Assembly: GCF_044704955.1 (NCBI RefSeq)
Contig: NC_091999.1
Coordinates: forward strand, 50,406,001 to 50,470,000
Reading direction: 5' to 3'
DNA from: Pristiophorus japonicus
Lineage: Eukaryota
DNA: 64,000 nucleotides
Below, piece after piece: positions 39,261-50,985 of the stretch (position 1 is the first letter of the stretch; every line of letters starts with the position of its first letter). The position numbers were made by a program, and so were the translations under genes. The notes beneath the pieces are model-generated. The model saw nothing but the letters and a program-made list of their open reading frames with translations, was not told where the DNA came from and did not search any database.

Positions 39261-40733
39261 AAACCATACAATAGCCAAGAGATCAGGAGAAATGAAAGGT
39301 GGAAGGAACATAGTTATGATTATACATTCTGGGGAGGGTTTCTTGGCAAGATATGCAGTTACTGTTGAAGAAGCTGGTAATGAGCAAGGGAATTGCAGCT
39401 GCAAAAATCCCCAACCACCTTTAAAGCTGGAGTAGCAGGAAGAGCTGCATCTGAGTTTCCTGTGGGCGGCTGGGCATGTGAGCCGCTCCTACGCCCGGAT
39501 GAAACGTGCTGCAATAAGCACTGAAACACCGCCTACTTTTCAAAAGCATCTGTTTGACGGACATTCCACCATTTGTTTCTGACAAACAGTTGGCCATATA
39601 TGTTTGATGTGCTGTCGGCCGTGTTAGTATGACGTAGCTATGTTTCTGTGACGTCTCATTACATGAACTTATGTTTCTTTACAACCATTTAAATAAAACA
39701 TGACTTAAATTCCCACAAAGGAAACAATTTTACTTTTTCAATAAAAACTAGCAAATAGGCGACAGAAATAAAGATACAGGCAGCCACGATTAAAGTGTTT
39801 GACAGGTTTGAGCCACAATGCCCTTCACACTACCCAGATGCTTTGTCGTTTGGCGAGTAGCACATGTGCGAACAGTCCTCCCATAGAGCACCGCGGCCCG
39901 GGGACCACATTGAGCCTTTTTTGGCCGCTTTGCATTGTGAAAGCTCTGTTATTCACGACTCCTTAAATCATTGAAAGGATGTGAGCTAAAGGAACCAGTG
40001 AATGCCAATTTATTCAAGCCCCCATAAGGCAATCAGAGCTCTCCGTATGAGCTAATAGCACTTGGTCAGATGTATTTCAGGTTAATCAAAGCATGGAAGT
40101 TATATTATTGAGTCAGAGACCGGAAAGTAAGAAGAGCAAATTGTACAAAAATCTTTATTTTCCCCAGAGTCCCCGAAACATACAACTATTTTCTATTTCA
40201 TATCCTCCCTCATTCGGTTGAGTGATTGCAAGACAACTGTTTTCAAGTTTGGAAAGTTACAGCTGTCTTTAGGTGAAATTTAAAGAAAGTAATGGGCCGG
40301 AGCCTTCCACGAGCAGAACAACACGATAAATATCCAGCTTTAAAGGAATACACGGGATGAAATCACCCACAGAGGCAGAATATAGGAACTAGAACCTTTC
40401 CTATTAAGTAAGCGACAAGCTGACCTTGGAGCTCCTGGAGCTGATCTGAACATCCATCCATCAAGTCAAGGGAAAACAGCTGATCAGAAGCAGAAAGGAC
40501 AGTTTAGAAGTCAGTTCATTCGATGGTGGTCGATTCACAGGTCGATTTTCGGACCGATTGAATAATGCAACTTGTTTTCGCGGCCGCTCCTGGAATCATT
40601 TGGCTGACAATTGGATCCGAGGTTAATTTGGTATATTCTCTGTGTGTCTGAGCGCCTGACAGCGCGCTGCACACTGTGGCTGCATCTGCCCGCGATTCCA
40701 ACAGGCAGGAGCTCCGCCGAACAGGCCAATGGC

Positions 40734-40772
40734 AGTTTTTGTACGGTGGTGATGTTGCTTTCCATCTCTGCA
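40734..40772 (-). other. 23-spacer RSS of V1 (degenerate heptamer)
   Basis: TGCAGAG + 23 nt + ACAAAAACT. Confidence 0.8.
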
Positions 40773-41232
40773 TGTCTCAGGGCGCTGTAATACACGCCAG
40801 CGTCAGTAGGGTGCAGCCCGGAGATGTTTAAGCTGATGAATTTATTCGTGGTCTGGAGCTCTGCAGAGAAACGGGTTTGAGCAAAATCTGCATTATTCTC
40901 ACCACCGTTCGAATATTGCCTCAGTGTAAACGTGGGCTGTGTGTCTGGGTGTTACCAGTAGCAGAATAAATAATACAAGCTCCATGCAGTTTCATAATAC
41001 AGCTTAAATCACCATTTCACCCTGTGCCTTAACTCCTGAGGACAGCTGGTGAGTGACAGAGTCTCCTTTACTCAGATCTGGGCAACTTGTTCAAACAGGA
41101 AAAGGTCAGACCGGGCTGTGATTACAATTCAGTTTCAACCCATATTAGAAATGATAGAAAAGATTAAATAGGTTTTCTCCACAATTATCTTTCAGAAATG
41201 TCCCACGCAACCCCGCTGCTGAGTCATCGCAT
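40773..41232 (-). pseudogene. TRDV: TCR V-delta (alpha/delta-type) pseudogene V1, inverted: decayed leader 41189-41232, V exon 40773-41077
   Basis: CCCAG acceptor, then LSKGDSVTHQLSSGVKAQGEMV/fs/..YETAWSLYYLFCYW*HPDTQPTFTLRQYSNGGENNADFAQTRFSAELQTTNKFISLNISGLHPTDAGVYYSALR. The ADFAQTRFSAELQT framework is typical of shark V-delta. It has frameshifts, a stop, YYC>YYS and a GT>AT leader donor. Confidence 0.88.
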
Positions 41233-41654
41233 TGTCGCTGCTGCTTTGTAAAAGGGGTTTGTATATTTAAAGACACACATTCTAATACCCACTCTCAATA
41301 TTCGTGTGTCGTGTCTCAGGATGCTCTCGGTTGTGCTGTGAGACCGTAGGTGGTGAGCTGGCAGCCAGTGTACGGCAACACTCCGAGCTGGGCTACACTC
41401 AGTGTACTTATACGGGAATGGTTTGGTTTTAAACACCAGTGCTGGGAATGAAACCTTTACCTGGTTATTGTGACTGAAATTTGCAGGATTGTTGATGGCT
41501 TTGTTTTATAGGGGGAGGGGCGCTTTTTAGCCATTTCCCGTTCGTCTAATTAATGTTCACGGGAGCAGAATGCGGAGAAATTGTACAAAAGGGCAGGGTG
41601 ATTGGAGGCTGGGTTCAAACGCAGAGGATGAATGTTGGGCGGCTATAAATCGCC

Positions 41655-41925
41655 AGGGTGTGGTGCAGGGCAGATTCACGGCCCCCGAAGTGAGGCGTTG
41701 GACGGCATCAAACCACCAGACTGAGGTGTTGGGCGTGTTCAGAGCGCTAGGGTAGGTGTAACGTGAACCAATAGCCCCAGGGTGAGATGTATGGCGTGTT
41801 TAGACCCCCAGGGTGAGATGTAGGGCGATTTCAGTGCCCTAAGGGTGAGGTGTGGAGCTGGTGCAGAGCACCAGTATGAGGTGTAGGGCGGGTTCAGACC
41901 CCTAAGGCGAGGTGTAGGCCGGGTT
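41655..41925. repeat. Degenerate ~40-bp tandem repeat
   Basis: Recurring GGGTGAGGTGTAGGGCG..TTCAGACCCC. Confidence 0.7.
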
Positions 41926-43009
41926 CTTTTTAATAAAAGATCAACATCAGCATGGCCGGAAAAAATGTCCTTACAACTTTCACTCATATTAGAAATGGAT
42001 ATGGCGCAGAAATCAAATAAATTACAGGCGGATGCGATTTATTGTTCGCCCCGTTAATATCGATCTCTACCATTGGTATAATTAATGGCATCAGAAATCA
42101 GATCTCAGTGTGTGTCATTGATTCACATTTTAATGTTGTGTTTTCGATCTGCCACACTCTTCTCGTCACGTGTTCTGTCCACAGTTTACTAACCAAAGCC
42201 ATCGTTCGATATGACTGATGTCTTTTTTTGATGATTGTGCCCGATGTACCGACCCAACCCATTTGCGGATTTCACACATTAATCTTCAATTCATTCCACA
42301 ATTTGCACAACTTTTGGAATAAAGCAGAATTTAACACAATGCCCGGGATCTGATCCACAAAATGTATATTGTGACCTGACACCATCTACAGCTTTTCAGT
42401 GAATTGTTCAGATCTCGGGGGAAAGTGTGGGATATTCACTGACCTGATGCAGTTCCTCCTTATGGGAAGCTGGGTTAGAGCAGTCCTGAAATAATATGCC
42501 GAGCAGCAGCAAAGGTTTTACTAAAGACAGAGAGAAGGAAGTTCGTAGCATTATGGATAAAGAGTGGAGACAGGGGAAGAGAAGGTACATACAGGCACGG
42601 AAGTAGCATCGAAAGACAAAGGGTGAATTGTGGCACCACAGACATGATTTCTGAAGTTAATTTTATTATAACTACGAGTTGAAATCACAAACTAATATTA
42701 ATCCGCCGTTTTACTCTCGCTGCATAGAGATAAATCACGAAGGAATTATTTTCAAGTGGCAGGCGTTTGTGTTAATACTTTCCTCTTCAACCATCATTTC
42801 ACGAACTGCCTGTTCCACTGTGCCGTGGTGTCTCCATGGTAACATTAAATAATAGTAATAGTCATCATATTCATCGTCACCATCATCTCAAACAAAATAA
42901 CCATCATCGCCACCATTACACATTTAACCAATAATAACATCTGGGTTACAGCAGTGAAGGGGAGAATGGATTTTCACTGAGAAAGAAATACTTATTAAGA
43001 AGTGATATA

Positions 43010-44435
43010 ATAAGAACATAAGAACATAAGAAATGGGTACAGGATTAGGCCATGCAGTCCCTCGAGCCTGCTCCGCCATGCAATAGATCAATGCTGATCT
43101 GATCATGAACTCAACTCCACTTCCCTGCCTGCTCCCCATAACCCATCATCCCCTTTAAAACTTTAAGTAACTATTTATGTCTTAAATTTATTTTATGTCC
43201 CAGTATCCACAGTTCCCTGCGGCAGCGAATTTCACAGATTTTCAACACTCTGAGAGAAGAAATGACTCCTCATCTCTGTTTTAAATGCGCGGCCCCTTAT
43301 TCTAAGATCATGCCCTCTAGTTCTACTCCACCCCATCAGTGGAAACATCTTCTCTGCATCCACGTTGCCAAGCCCCCTCATACTCTTATACGTTTCGATA
43401 TGATCACCGCTCATACTTCTGCATTCCAATGAGTAGAGGCCCAATCTACTCAACGTTTCCTCAGAAGTCACCCACTCATCCCCGGAATCAACTTAGTGAA
43501 GCTTCTCTGAACTGCCTACAAGCAAGTATATCTTTTCGTAAATATGGAAACCAAAACTGCACACAATATGTGGCCTCACCAATATTCTGTACAGCTGTAG
43601 CAAGACATCCCGGCTTTTATACTCCATCCCCTTTGCAATAAAGGCCAAGATTCCATGGGCCCTCCTGATCACTTGGTGTACCTGCATACGATCGTTTTGT
43701 TTTTCATGCACCATCACCTTCTCTTCCCGCTGAACTGTGGCACTTTGCAATCTTTCTCCATTTACATAAGAACTTGCTCGTTGATTTGTTCTGCAAAAGC
43801 GCTTGACCTCCCACTTCCCAGCATTATACTCCATCTGCCAAATTCTTACCCATTCACTTAGCCTGTCTATGTCCTTTCGCAGTTTTTTGTGCCCTCCTCA
43901 CACATTGCTTTTCCTCTCATCTATTTATCATCAGCAAAATTGAATACTTTACTCTCAGCCCCTTCCTCCTAGTTGTTAATATAGATTGTACATATCTGAG
44001 TTCCCAGCACTGATGCATGCGGCGCCGCACTGGTTGCCAACCAGAGAATGAACAATTTTTCCCGACTCTCTGTTTTCTGTTAGTAAGCCAATCCTCTATC
44101 CATGCTAATATATTACCCCAACCCCTTGAACTATTATCTTGTTCTGTAATCTTTTATGTCAAATGGCTTCCGGAAATCCAAATACATCACATCTTCTGTT
44201 CCCCATTTATCAACCCTGTTCGTTAGATCCTCAAAGAATTCCAGCAAATTTGTCAAAAATGATTTTGCTTCATAAATCCATGGTGACTCTGCTTGACCGA
44301 ATTTTGCTTTTCCAAATGTCCTGTTACTGCTTCTTTCATAATGGACTCCAACATTTTCCCAACCACAGATGTTAGGCTAATTGGTCTATAGTTTTCTGCT
44401 TTTTGGCTGACTCCTTTTTTAAACAGGGATTTTAC
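43010..44435 (-). mobile_element. CR1 3' half, degenerate
   Basis: (TAAGAACA)n tail at 43010; NYRPISLTSVVGKMLESI and LGLYSLE motifs. Confidence 0.9.
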
Positions 44436-44687
44436 ATAATGATGAGGAGCAGTGCGAGATGGTTCCACATTACATTCCCTGAGTCTGAAGCTATGCGGTC
44501 CTGGAAACCCTCTGTCGGAACAGAAATAGAGTACCATGCCCCACTGCCCTGCTGATCCAAACAATGCTAAACAGGGATCTGCAGCAGCAATCTCTCCAAT
44601 AAAACAGGGCATGCAAGCAGTTTAAGGGCGCCCATGAACAGACTAACTATTTGTACTACGTCGCCCTTCTGCGCATATGCACATTAA

Positions 44688-44860
44688 TGTGTCTGTGTGT
44701 GTGTATGTGCGTGTGTGTGTGTGTGTGCGTGTGTGTGTGTGTGTGTGTCTGTGTATGTGTGGCTGAGTGCATGTCTATATGTCTATGGATGTCTATGTGT
44801 GTGTGTGAGTACGGCTGTCTGTGCATGTGTGTATGTGTATATGTATGTCTATTTGTCCGT
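44688..44860. repeat. (GT)n microsatellite
   Basis: Seen directly in the sequence. Confidence 0.95.
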
Positions 44861-47800
44861 GTTGCCAATGCACTATGCCATAGTTGTATGATCGGCAGGA
44901 GTGAGCTCTCTGATCACTTTACAAAGATCATGATCTCTATGTACAGTGGTGGCTGTTTAGAGAGGTAAAAATGGGCGGGAAGAAGAAATCCCAGCCAAGC
45001 TGATAAGATCCCCGTCCTATTTGAGTTTTCCACTTCAGGCCTGGTAAAGGCAGTGATGACAGTCTCTTTTTCCTGGAGTTTAGACTGGAACAATTGAAGT
45101 GAAACTCTTCCTGTCTCTGATTATTGTCCTGAACAGAGTTTGTGATATTTTGAACCATTCTATAAGATTCTCCAATTCTCATACAACTTCTCGTTTCCAT
45201 CTACGGGTGCTTCTTCTCTATCTGTTTCTCTGTCTAACCTGCTGTGTGTCTGCTGTTTATTTTCAGGGATGACTAGCGGAGACTCTGTGTCCCAAGGAGT
45301 CGGGTCAGAGTTGGGTGCAGATTCAGCAATAAATTGCAGTTACTCTGTATTGGCTACAAGCTATGGCCTGTTCTGGTATAGAAACATAGAAACATAGAAA
45401 ATAGGTGCAGGAGCAGGCCATTCAGCACTTCTAGCCTGCACCGCCATTCAATGGGTTCATGGCTGAACATGAAACTTCAGTACCCCCTTTCTGCTTTCAC
45501 GCCATACTCCTTGATCCCCCGAGTAGTAAGGACTTCATCTAACTCCCTTTTGAATATATTTAGCGAATAGGCCTCAACTACTTTCTATTGTAGAGAATTC
45601 CACAGGTTCACCACACTCTGGGTGAAGAAGTTTCTCCTCATCTCGGTCCTAAATGGCTTACCCTTATCCTTAGACTGTGACCCCTGGTTCTGGAATTCCC
45701 AAACATTGGGAACATTCTTCCTGCATCCAACCTATCCAAACCCGTCAGAATTTTAAACGTTTCTATGAGGTCCCCTCTCACTCTTCTGAACTCCAGTGAA
45801 TACAAGCCCAGTTGATCAAGTCTTTCTTGATAGGTCAGTCTCACCTTCCCGGGAATCAGTCTGGTGAGTCTTCGCTGCACTCCCTCAATAGCAAGAATGT
45901 CCTTCCTCAAGTTAGGAGACCAAAACTGTACACAATACTCCAGGTGTGGCCTCACCAAGGCCCTGTAAACTGTAGCAACACCTCCCTACCACTGTACTCA
46001 AAGCCCCTCGCTATGAAGGCCAACATGCCATTTGCTTTCTTAACCGCCTGCTGTACCTGCATGCCAACCTTCAATGACTGATGTTCAATGACATCCAGGT
46101 CTCGTTGCACCTTCCCTTTTCTTAATCTGTCACCATTCAGATAATAGTCTGTCTCTCTGTTTTTACCACCAAAGTAGATAACCTCGCATTTATCCACATT
46201 ATACTTCATCTGCCACGCATTTGCGCACTCACCTAACCTATCCAAGTCACTCGGCAGCCTAATAGCATCCTCCTCGCAGCTCACACTGCCACCCAATTTA
46301 GTGTCATCCGCAAATTTGGAGATACTACATTTAATCCCCTCGTCTAAATCATTAATGTACAATGTAAACAGCTGGGGCCCCAGCACAGAACCCTGCGGTA
46401 CCCCACCAGTCACTGCCTGCCATTCCGAAAAGTACCCATTTACTCCTACTCTTTGCTTCCTGTCTGACAACCAGTTCTCAATCCACGTCAGCACACAACC
46501 CCCAATCCCATGTGCTTTAATTTGCACATTAATCTCCTGTGTGGGACCTTGTCGAAAGCCTTCTGAAAGTCCAAATATACCACATCAACTGGTACTCCTT
46601 TGTCCACTTTACTGGAAACATCCTCAAAAAATTCCAGAAGATTTGTCAAGCATGATCTCTCTTTGACAAATCCATGCTGACTTGGACCTATCATGTCAAC
46701 ATTTTCCAAATGCGCTGCTATGACATCCTTAATAATTGATTCCATCATTTTACCCACTACTGAGGTCAGGCTGACCGGTCTATAATTCCCTGCTTTCTCT
46801 CTCCCTCCTTTTATAAAAAGTGGGGTTACATTGGCTACCCTCCACTCGATAGGAACTGATCCAGATTCAATGGAATGTTGGAAAATGACTGTCAATGCAT
46901 CCGCTATTTCCAAGGCCACCTCCTTAAGTACTCTGGGATGCAGTCCATCAGGCCCTGGGGATTTATTGGCCTTCAATCCCATCAATTTCCCCAACACAAT
47001 TTCCCGACTAATAAAGATTTCCCTCAGTTCCTCCTCCTTACTAGACTCTCTGACCCTTTTTTATCCTGAAGGTTGTTTGTGTCCTCCTTTGTGAATACTG
47101 AATCAAAGTACTTGTTCAATTGGTCTGCCATTTCTTTGTTCCCCGTTATGACTTCCCCTGATTCTGACTGCAGGGGACCTACGTTTGTCTTTCCTAAACT
47201 TTTTCTCTTTACATACCTATATAAACTTTTGCAATCCGCCTTAATGTTCCCTGCAAACTTCTTCTCGTACTCCATTTTCCCTGCCCTAATCAAACCCTTT
47301 GTCCTCCTCTGCTGAGGTCTAAATTTATCCCAGTCCCCAGGTTCGTTGCTATTTCTGGCCAATTTGTATGCCATTTCTTTGGCTTTAATACTATCCCTGA
47401 TTTCCCTAGATAGCCACGGTTGAGCCACCTTCCCTTTTTTATTTTTACGCCAGACAGGAATGTATAATTGTTGTAATTCATCCATGCGGTCTCTAAATGT
47501 CTGCCATTGCACATCCACAGTCAACCCCTGAAGTATCATTAGCCAATCTATCTTACCCAATGCACGCCTCATACCTTCAAAGTTACCCTTTTTACGTTCT
47601 GGACCATGGTCTCTGAATTAACTGTTTCATTCTCCATCCTAATGCAGAGTTCCACCATGTTATGGTCACTCTTCCCCAAGGGGCCTCGCACAATGAGATT
47701 GCTAATTAATCCTCTCTCATTACACAACACCCAGTCTAAGATGGCCTCCCCGCTAGTTGGTTCCTCGACATATTGGTCTAGAAAACCATCCCTTATGCGC

Positions 47801-48455
47801 TCCAGGAAATCCTCCTCCACCGTATTGCTTCCAGTTTGGTTAGCCAAATCTATGTGCATATTAAAGTCACCTATTATAACTGCAGCACCTTCATAGCATG
47901 CACTCGTAATTTCCTGTTTGATGCCCTCCCCAACATCACTACTACTGTTTGGAGGTCTGTACACAACTCCCACTAACTTTTATTGCCCTTTAGTGTTCTG
48001 CAGCTCTACCCATATAGATTCCACATCATCTAAGCTAATGTCTTTCCTAACTATTGCATTAATCTCCTCTTTAAACAGCAATGCTACCCCACCTCCTTTT
48101 CCTTTTATTCTATCCTTCCTGAATGTTGAATACCCCTGGATGTTGAGTTCCCAGCCCTGATCATCCTGGAGCCACGTCTCCGTAATCCCAATCAGATCAT
48201 ATTTGTTAACATCTATTTGCACAGTTAATTCATCCAGCTTATTGCGGATACTCCTTGCATTAAGACACAAAGCCTTCAGGCTTGCTTTTTTAACACCCTT
48301 TGTCCTTTTAGAATTTTGCTGTAAAGTTGCCCTTTTTGTTCTTTGCCTTGGGTTTCTCTGCCCTCCACTTTTCCTCATCTCCTTTCTGTCTTTTGCTTTT
48401 GCCTCATTTTTGTCTCCCTCTGTGTACCTGCATAGGTTCCCATCCCCCTGCAATA

Positions 48456-49403
48456 TTAGTTTAACTCCTCCCCAACAGCACTAGCAAACACTCCCCCTTG
48501 GACATTGGTTCCGGTCCTGCCCAGATGCAGACCGTCCGGTTTGTACTGGTCCCACCTCCCCCAGAACCGGTTCCAATGCCCCAGGAATTTGAATCCCTCC
48601 CTGCTGCACCACTGCTCAAGCCATGTATTCATCTGCTCTATCCTGCGATTCCTACTCTGACTAGCACGTGGCACTGGTAGAAATCCCGAGATTACTAATT
48701 TTGAGGTCCTACTTTTTAATTTAGCTCCTAGCTCCTTAAAATCTTCTCGTAGGACCTCATCCCTTTTTTTACCTATGTCGTTGGTACCAATGTGCACAGC
48801 GACAACTGGCTGTTCTCCCTCCCACTTCAGAATGTCCTGCACCCGCTCCGAGACATCCTTGACCCTTGCACCAGGGAGGCAACATACCATCCTGGAGTCT
48901 CGGTTGCGGCCGCAGAAACGCCTATCTATTCCCCTCACCATCGAATCCCCTATCACTATCGCGCTCCCAATCATTTTCCTGCCTTCCTGTGCAGCAGAGC
49001 CAGCTACGGTGTCATGAACTTGTCTGCTGCTGCCCTTCCCTGGTGAGTCATCCCCCCGAACAGTACTCAAAGCAGTGTATCTGTTTTGCAGGGGGATGAC
49101 CACAGGGGACCCCTGCACTATCTTTCTTGCACTGCTCTTCCTGCTGGTCTTCCATTCCCTATCTGGCTGTGGACACTTCTCCTGCGGTAAGACCAACTCA
49201 CTACACGTGATACTCACGTCATTCTCAGCATCGTGGATGCTCCAGAGTGAATCCACCCTCAGCTCCAATTCCACAACGCGGATCGTCAAGAGCTCGAGGC
49301 GGATACACTTCCCACACACGTAGCGCCCAGAGACACCGGAAGTGTCCCCGAGTTCCCACATGGTACAGGAGGAGCATATCACGTGACCGAGCTCTCCTGC
49401 CAT
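48456..49403 (-). CDS. CR1 ORF1 protein (CxxC-CxxC finger, coiled coil, SGNH/GDSL esterase domain), intact 315 aa
   Basis: CSSC..CGKC, LELRVDSL heptads, VIGDSMVRG, HIGTND and DGLHL motifs. Confidence 0.9.
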   Translation of the reverse strand: MAGELGHVICSSCTMWELGDTSGVSGRYVCGKCIRLELLTIRVVELELRVDSLWSIHDAENDVSITCSELVLPQEKCPQPDREWKTSRKSSARKIVQGSPVVIPLQNRYTALSTVRGDDSPGKGSSRQVHDTVAGSAAQEGRKMIGSAIVIGDSMVRGIDRRFCGRNRDSRMVCCLPGARVKDVSERVQDILKWEGEQPVVAVHIGTNDIGKKRDEVLREDFKELGAKLKSRTSKLVISGFLPVPRASQSRNRRIEQMNTWLEQWCSREGFKFLGHWNRFWGRWDQYKPDGLHLGRTGTNVQGGVFASAVGEELN

Positions 49404-49587
49404 GTCTTAACCTTAGATACCCTTAAATTGGTAATAACAATGCTAAAGTTCACTTACTGATATAAAAAAGAAAAGAAAATTTACTCACCAATCACTAGCC
49501 AATCACTTACCCCATTGGCTGTGACTTCACTTTTTGATTCCTTTCTACTTCTATTTTGCTTTCTCTCCCGCTGTAGCTGCAGCGGTA

Positions 49588-49879
49588 CGCTGGCTCTCGC
49601 TCTCCCGCTGGGCCTTTATAGGTCGCTCCCCTCTCAACAACTGCCGCTGGCTCTCGATCTCCCGCTGGGCCTTTATAGGTCGCTCCCCTCTCAACAACTG
49701 CCGCTGGCTCTCGATCTCCCGCTGGGCCTTTTATTGGTCGCTCCCCTCTCACCAACTGCTGTTGGCTCTCGACCTCCCGCTGGGCCTTTTATAGGTCGCT
49801 CCCCTCTCAGCAACTGCCGCTGGCTCTCGATCTCCCGCTGGGCTTTTGATAGGTCGCTCCCCTCTCACCAACTGCCGCT
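49588..49879 (-). repeat. ~58-bp tandem monomers (x5) in the CR1 5'UTR
   Basis: Unit GCTGGCTCTCGATCTCCCGCTGGGCCTTTATAGGTCGCTCCCCTCTCAACAACTGCC. Confidence 0.92.
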
Positions 49880-50041
49880 CTGCAGTATCTCCACCAAGCC
49901 CCCCAGTATCTGATCGGAGCCGATAGTTAAGGCATTTGAACACTTCAGCAGGAATCTCAACCGGACACAAAGAACTTTTCACTTATCCATGAAAGGCATT
50001 AAGATCAGAAACAGTGCCGTGTATTACTATGTGCGATGACC

Positions 50042-50080
50042 CACAGTGAATAAGAATCCCTCGGGCCTCATGCATAAACA
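50042..50080 (+). other. 23-spacer RSS of V2
   Basis: CACAGTG + 23 nt + GCATAAACA. Confidence 0.88.
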
Positions 50081-50985
50081 GGTCACAGGTCAGCAAATGT
50101 GGGCTCTGGAAAAATGCCTGCGATTGAATCCTACAGAGTTTGTTGAGGAAATAAATGTGAAAGTACAACCTGATCCGAGAGGTATTCTTCAGTTAAAGTC
50201 ATTGCTGTCAGTGTTGGGAAACGTGAAATATCTCTAGCATTTTATTGTACCATCAAATTCAGACATTTCCACTCCAGTAATACACAACCCTGCAGATGTC
50301 TCTGATTTCTAACAGGCTCAATCTGTGAAAGTAAAAGTCCTGGGTGATGCAGATCTGACATTTGAGTCTTTCAAAAGTTATCTAATCTCTAAGTCGGCCT
50401 CGGGGGCGGGAAAATTCAGAGCTTCTGGGATGCTAATACCACAAGTAGTGACTGATTGAAATCAGCTCTTTACTGGTATCGTATCCCGGTTTTACTATTA
50501 TCGTGTCCAAGTGGCTTTAAGACTGTAACTATTAATGATGCTGATGAATTGGACGATATTCATTAATACTAGGGCTTGAAATTAATTTGGAATTATTTAC
50601 TTTTTCACCTTAATTATGGTGAGATCTATATATCTATTGATAGAGACATTGAGGTCGACCGAAAGGTATACAAAGCCAGAAACGCAGTCCGATTGACAGA
50701 GACACGGTGCAGGAGTGTGAGACAGATAGAAAGACACACAGGCACTGACTGGGAAGGAAAGAGTTTGGAGGGAGCCATCAGTAATTGGTCCTCAACTGAC
50801 AGTGATTCGTCCACAGCTGGCGTTGGATTTGAGAGATCATCCAATCCAAGCCCTGAGAAACGCACCTCAGTTTTGAAATAAATGATGACTGCCGCTGATT
50901 TGGGTTTGCTCTTTATTATCAGACCAAAAACGGCAACATATTTAAAACATTCAATTATTGTACATCGAAATCTAAACTAGACACC

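Larger units (their letters stand above)
45380..49879 (-). mobile_element. Essentially full-length CR1 LINE (5' tandem repeats, ORF1, disrupted ORF2, 3'UTR, ATAGAAAC tail)
   Basis: ORF1 48456-49403. ORF2 pieces 47980-48453, 47569-47973, 47024-47572, 46488-46997, 45952-46527 (FADD) and 45638-45958. Confidence 0.97.
44930..50041 (+). pseudogene. TRAV: TCR V-alpha/delta pseudogene V2 split by a CR1: probable leader 44930-44964, V exon 45267-45379 plus 49880-50041
   Basis: TTTTCAG acceptor, then MTSGDSVSQGVGSELGADSAINCSYSVLATSYGLFWY|CR1|LQYLHQAPQYLIGADS*../FEHFSRNLNRTQRTFHLSMKGIKIRNSAVYYYVR*, followed by an RSS. Confidence 0.88.

Noticed and set aside
40640-40678. Perfect heptamer just beyond the V1 RSS (possible D segment)
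   Set aside because: No acceptable nonamer at either spacing.
40773-41232. V1 as a leaderless NAR-TCR supporting V-delta
   Set aside because: A decayed leader exon sits about 110 nt upstream, and no NAR-TCR V/D/J was found further upstream.
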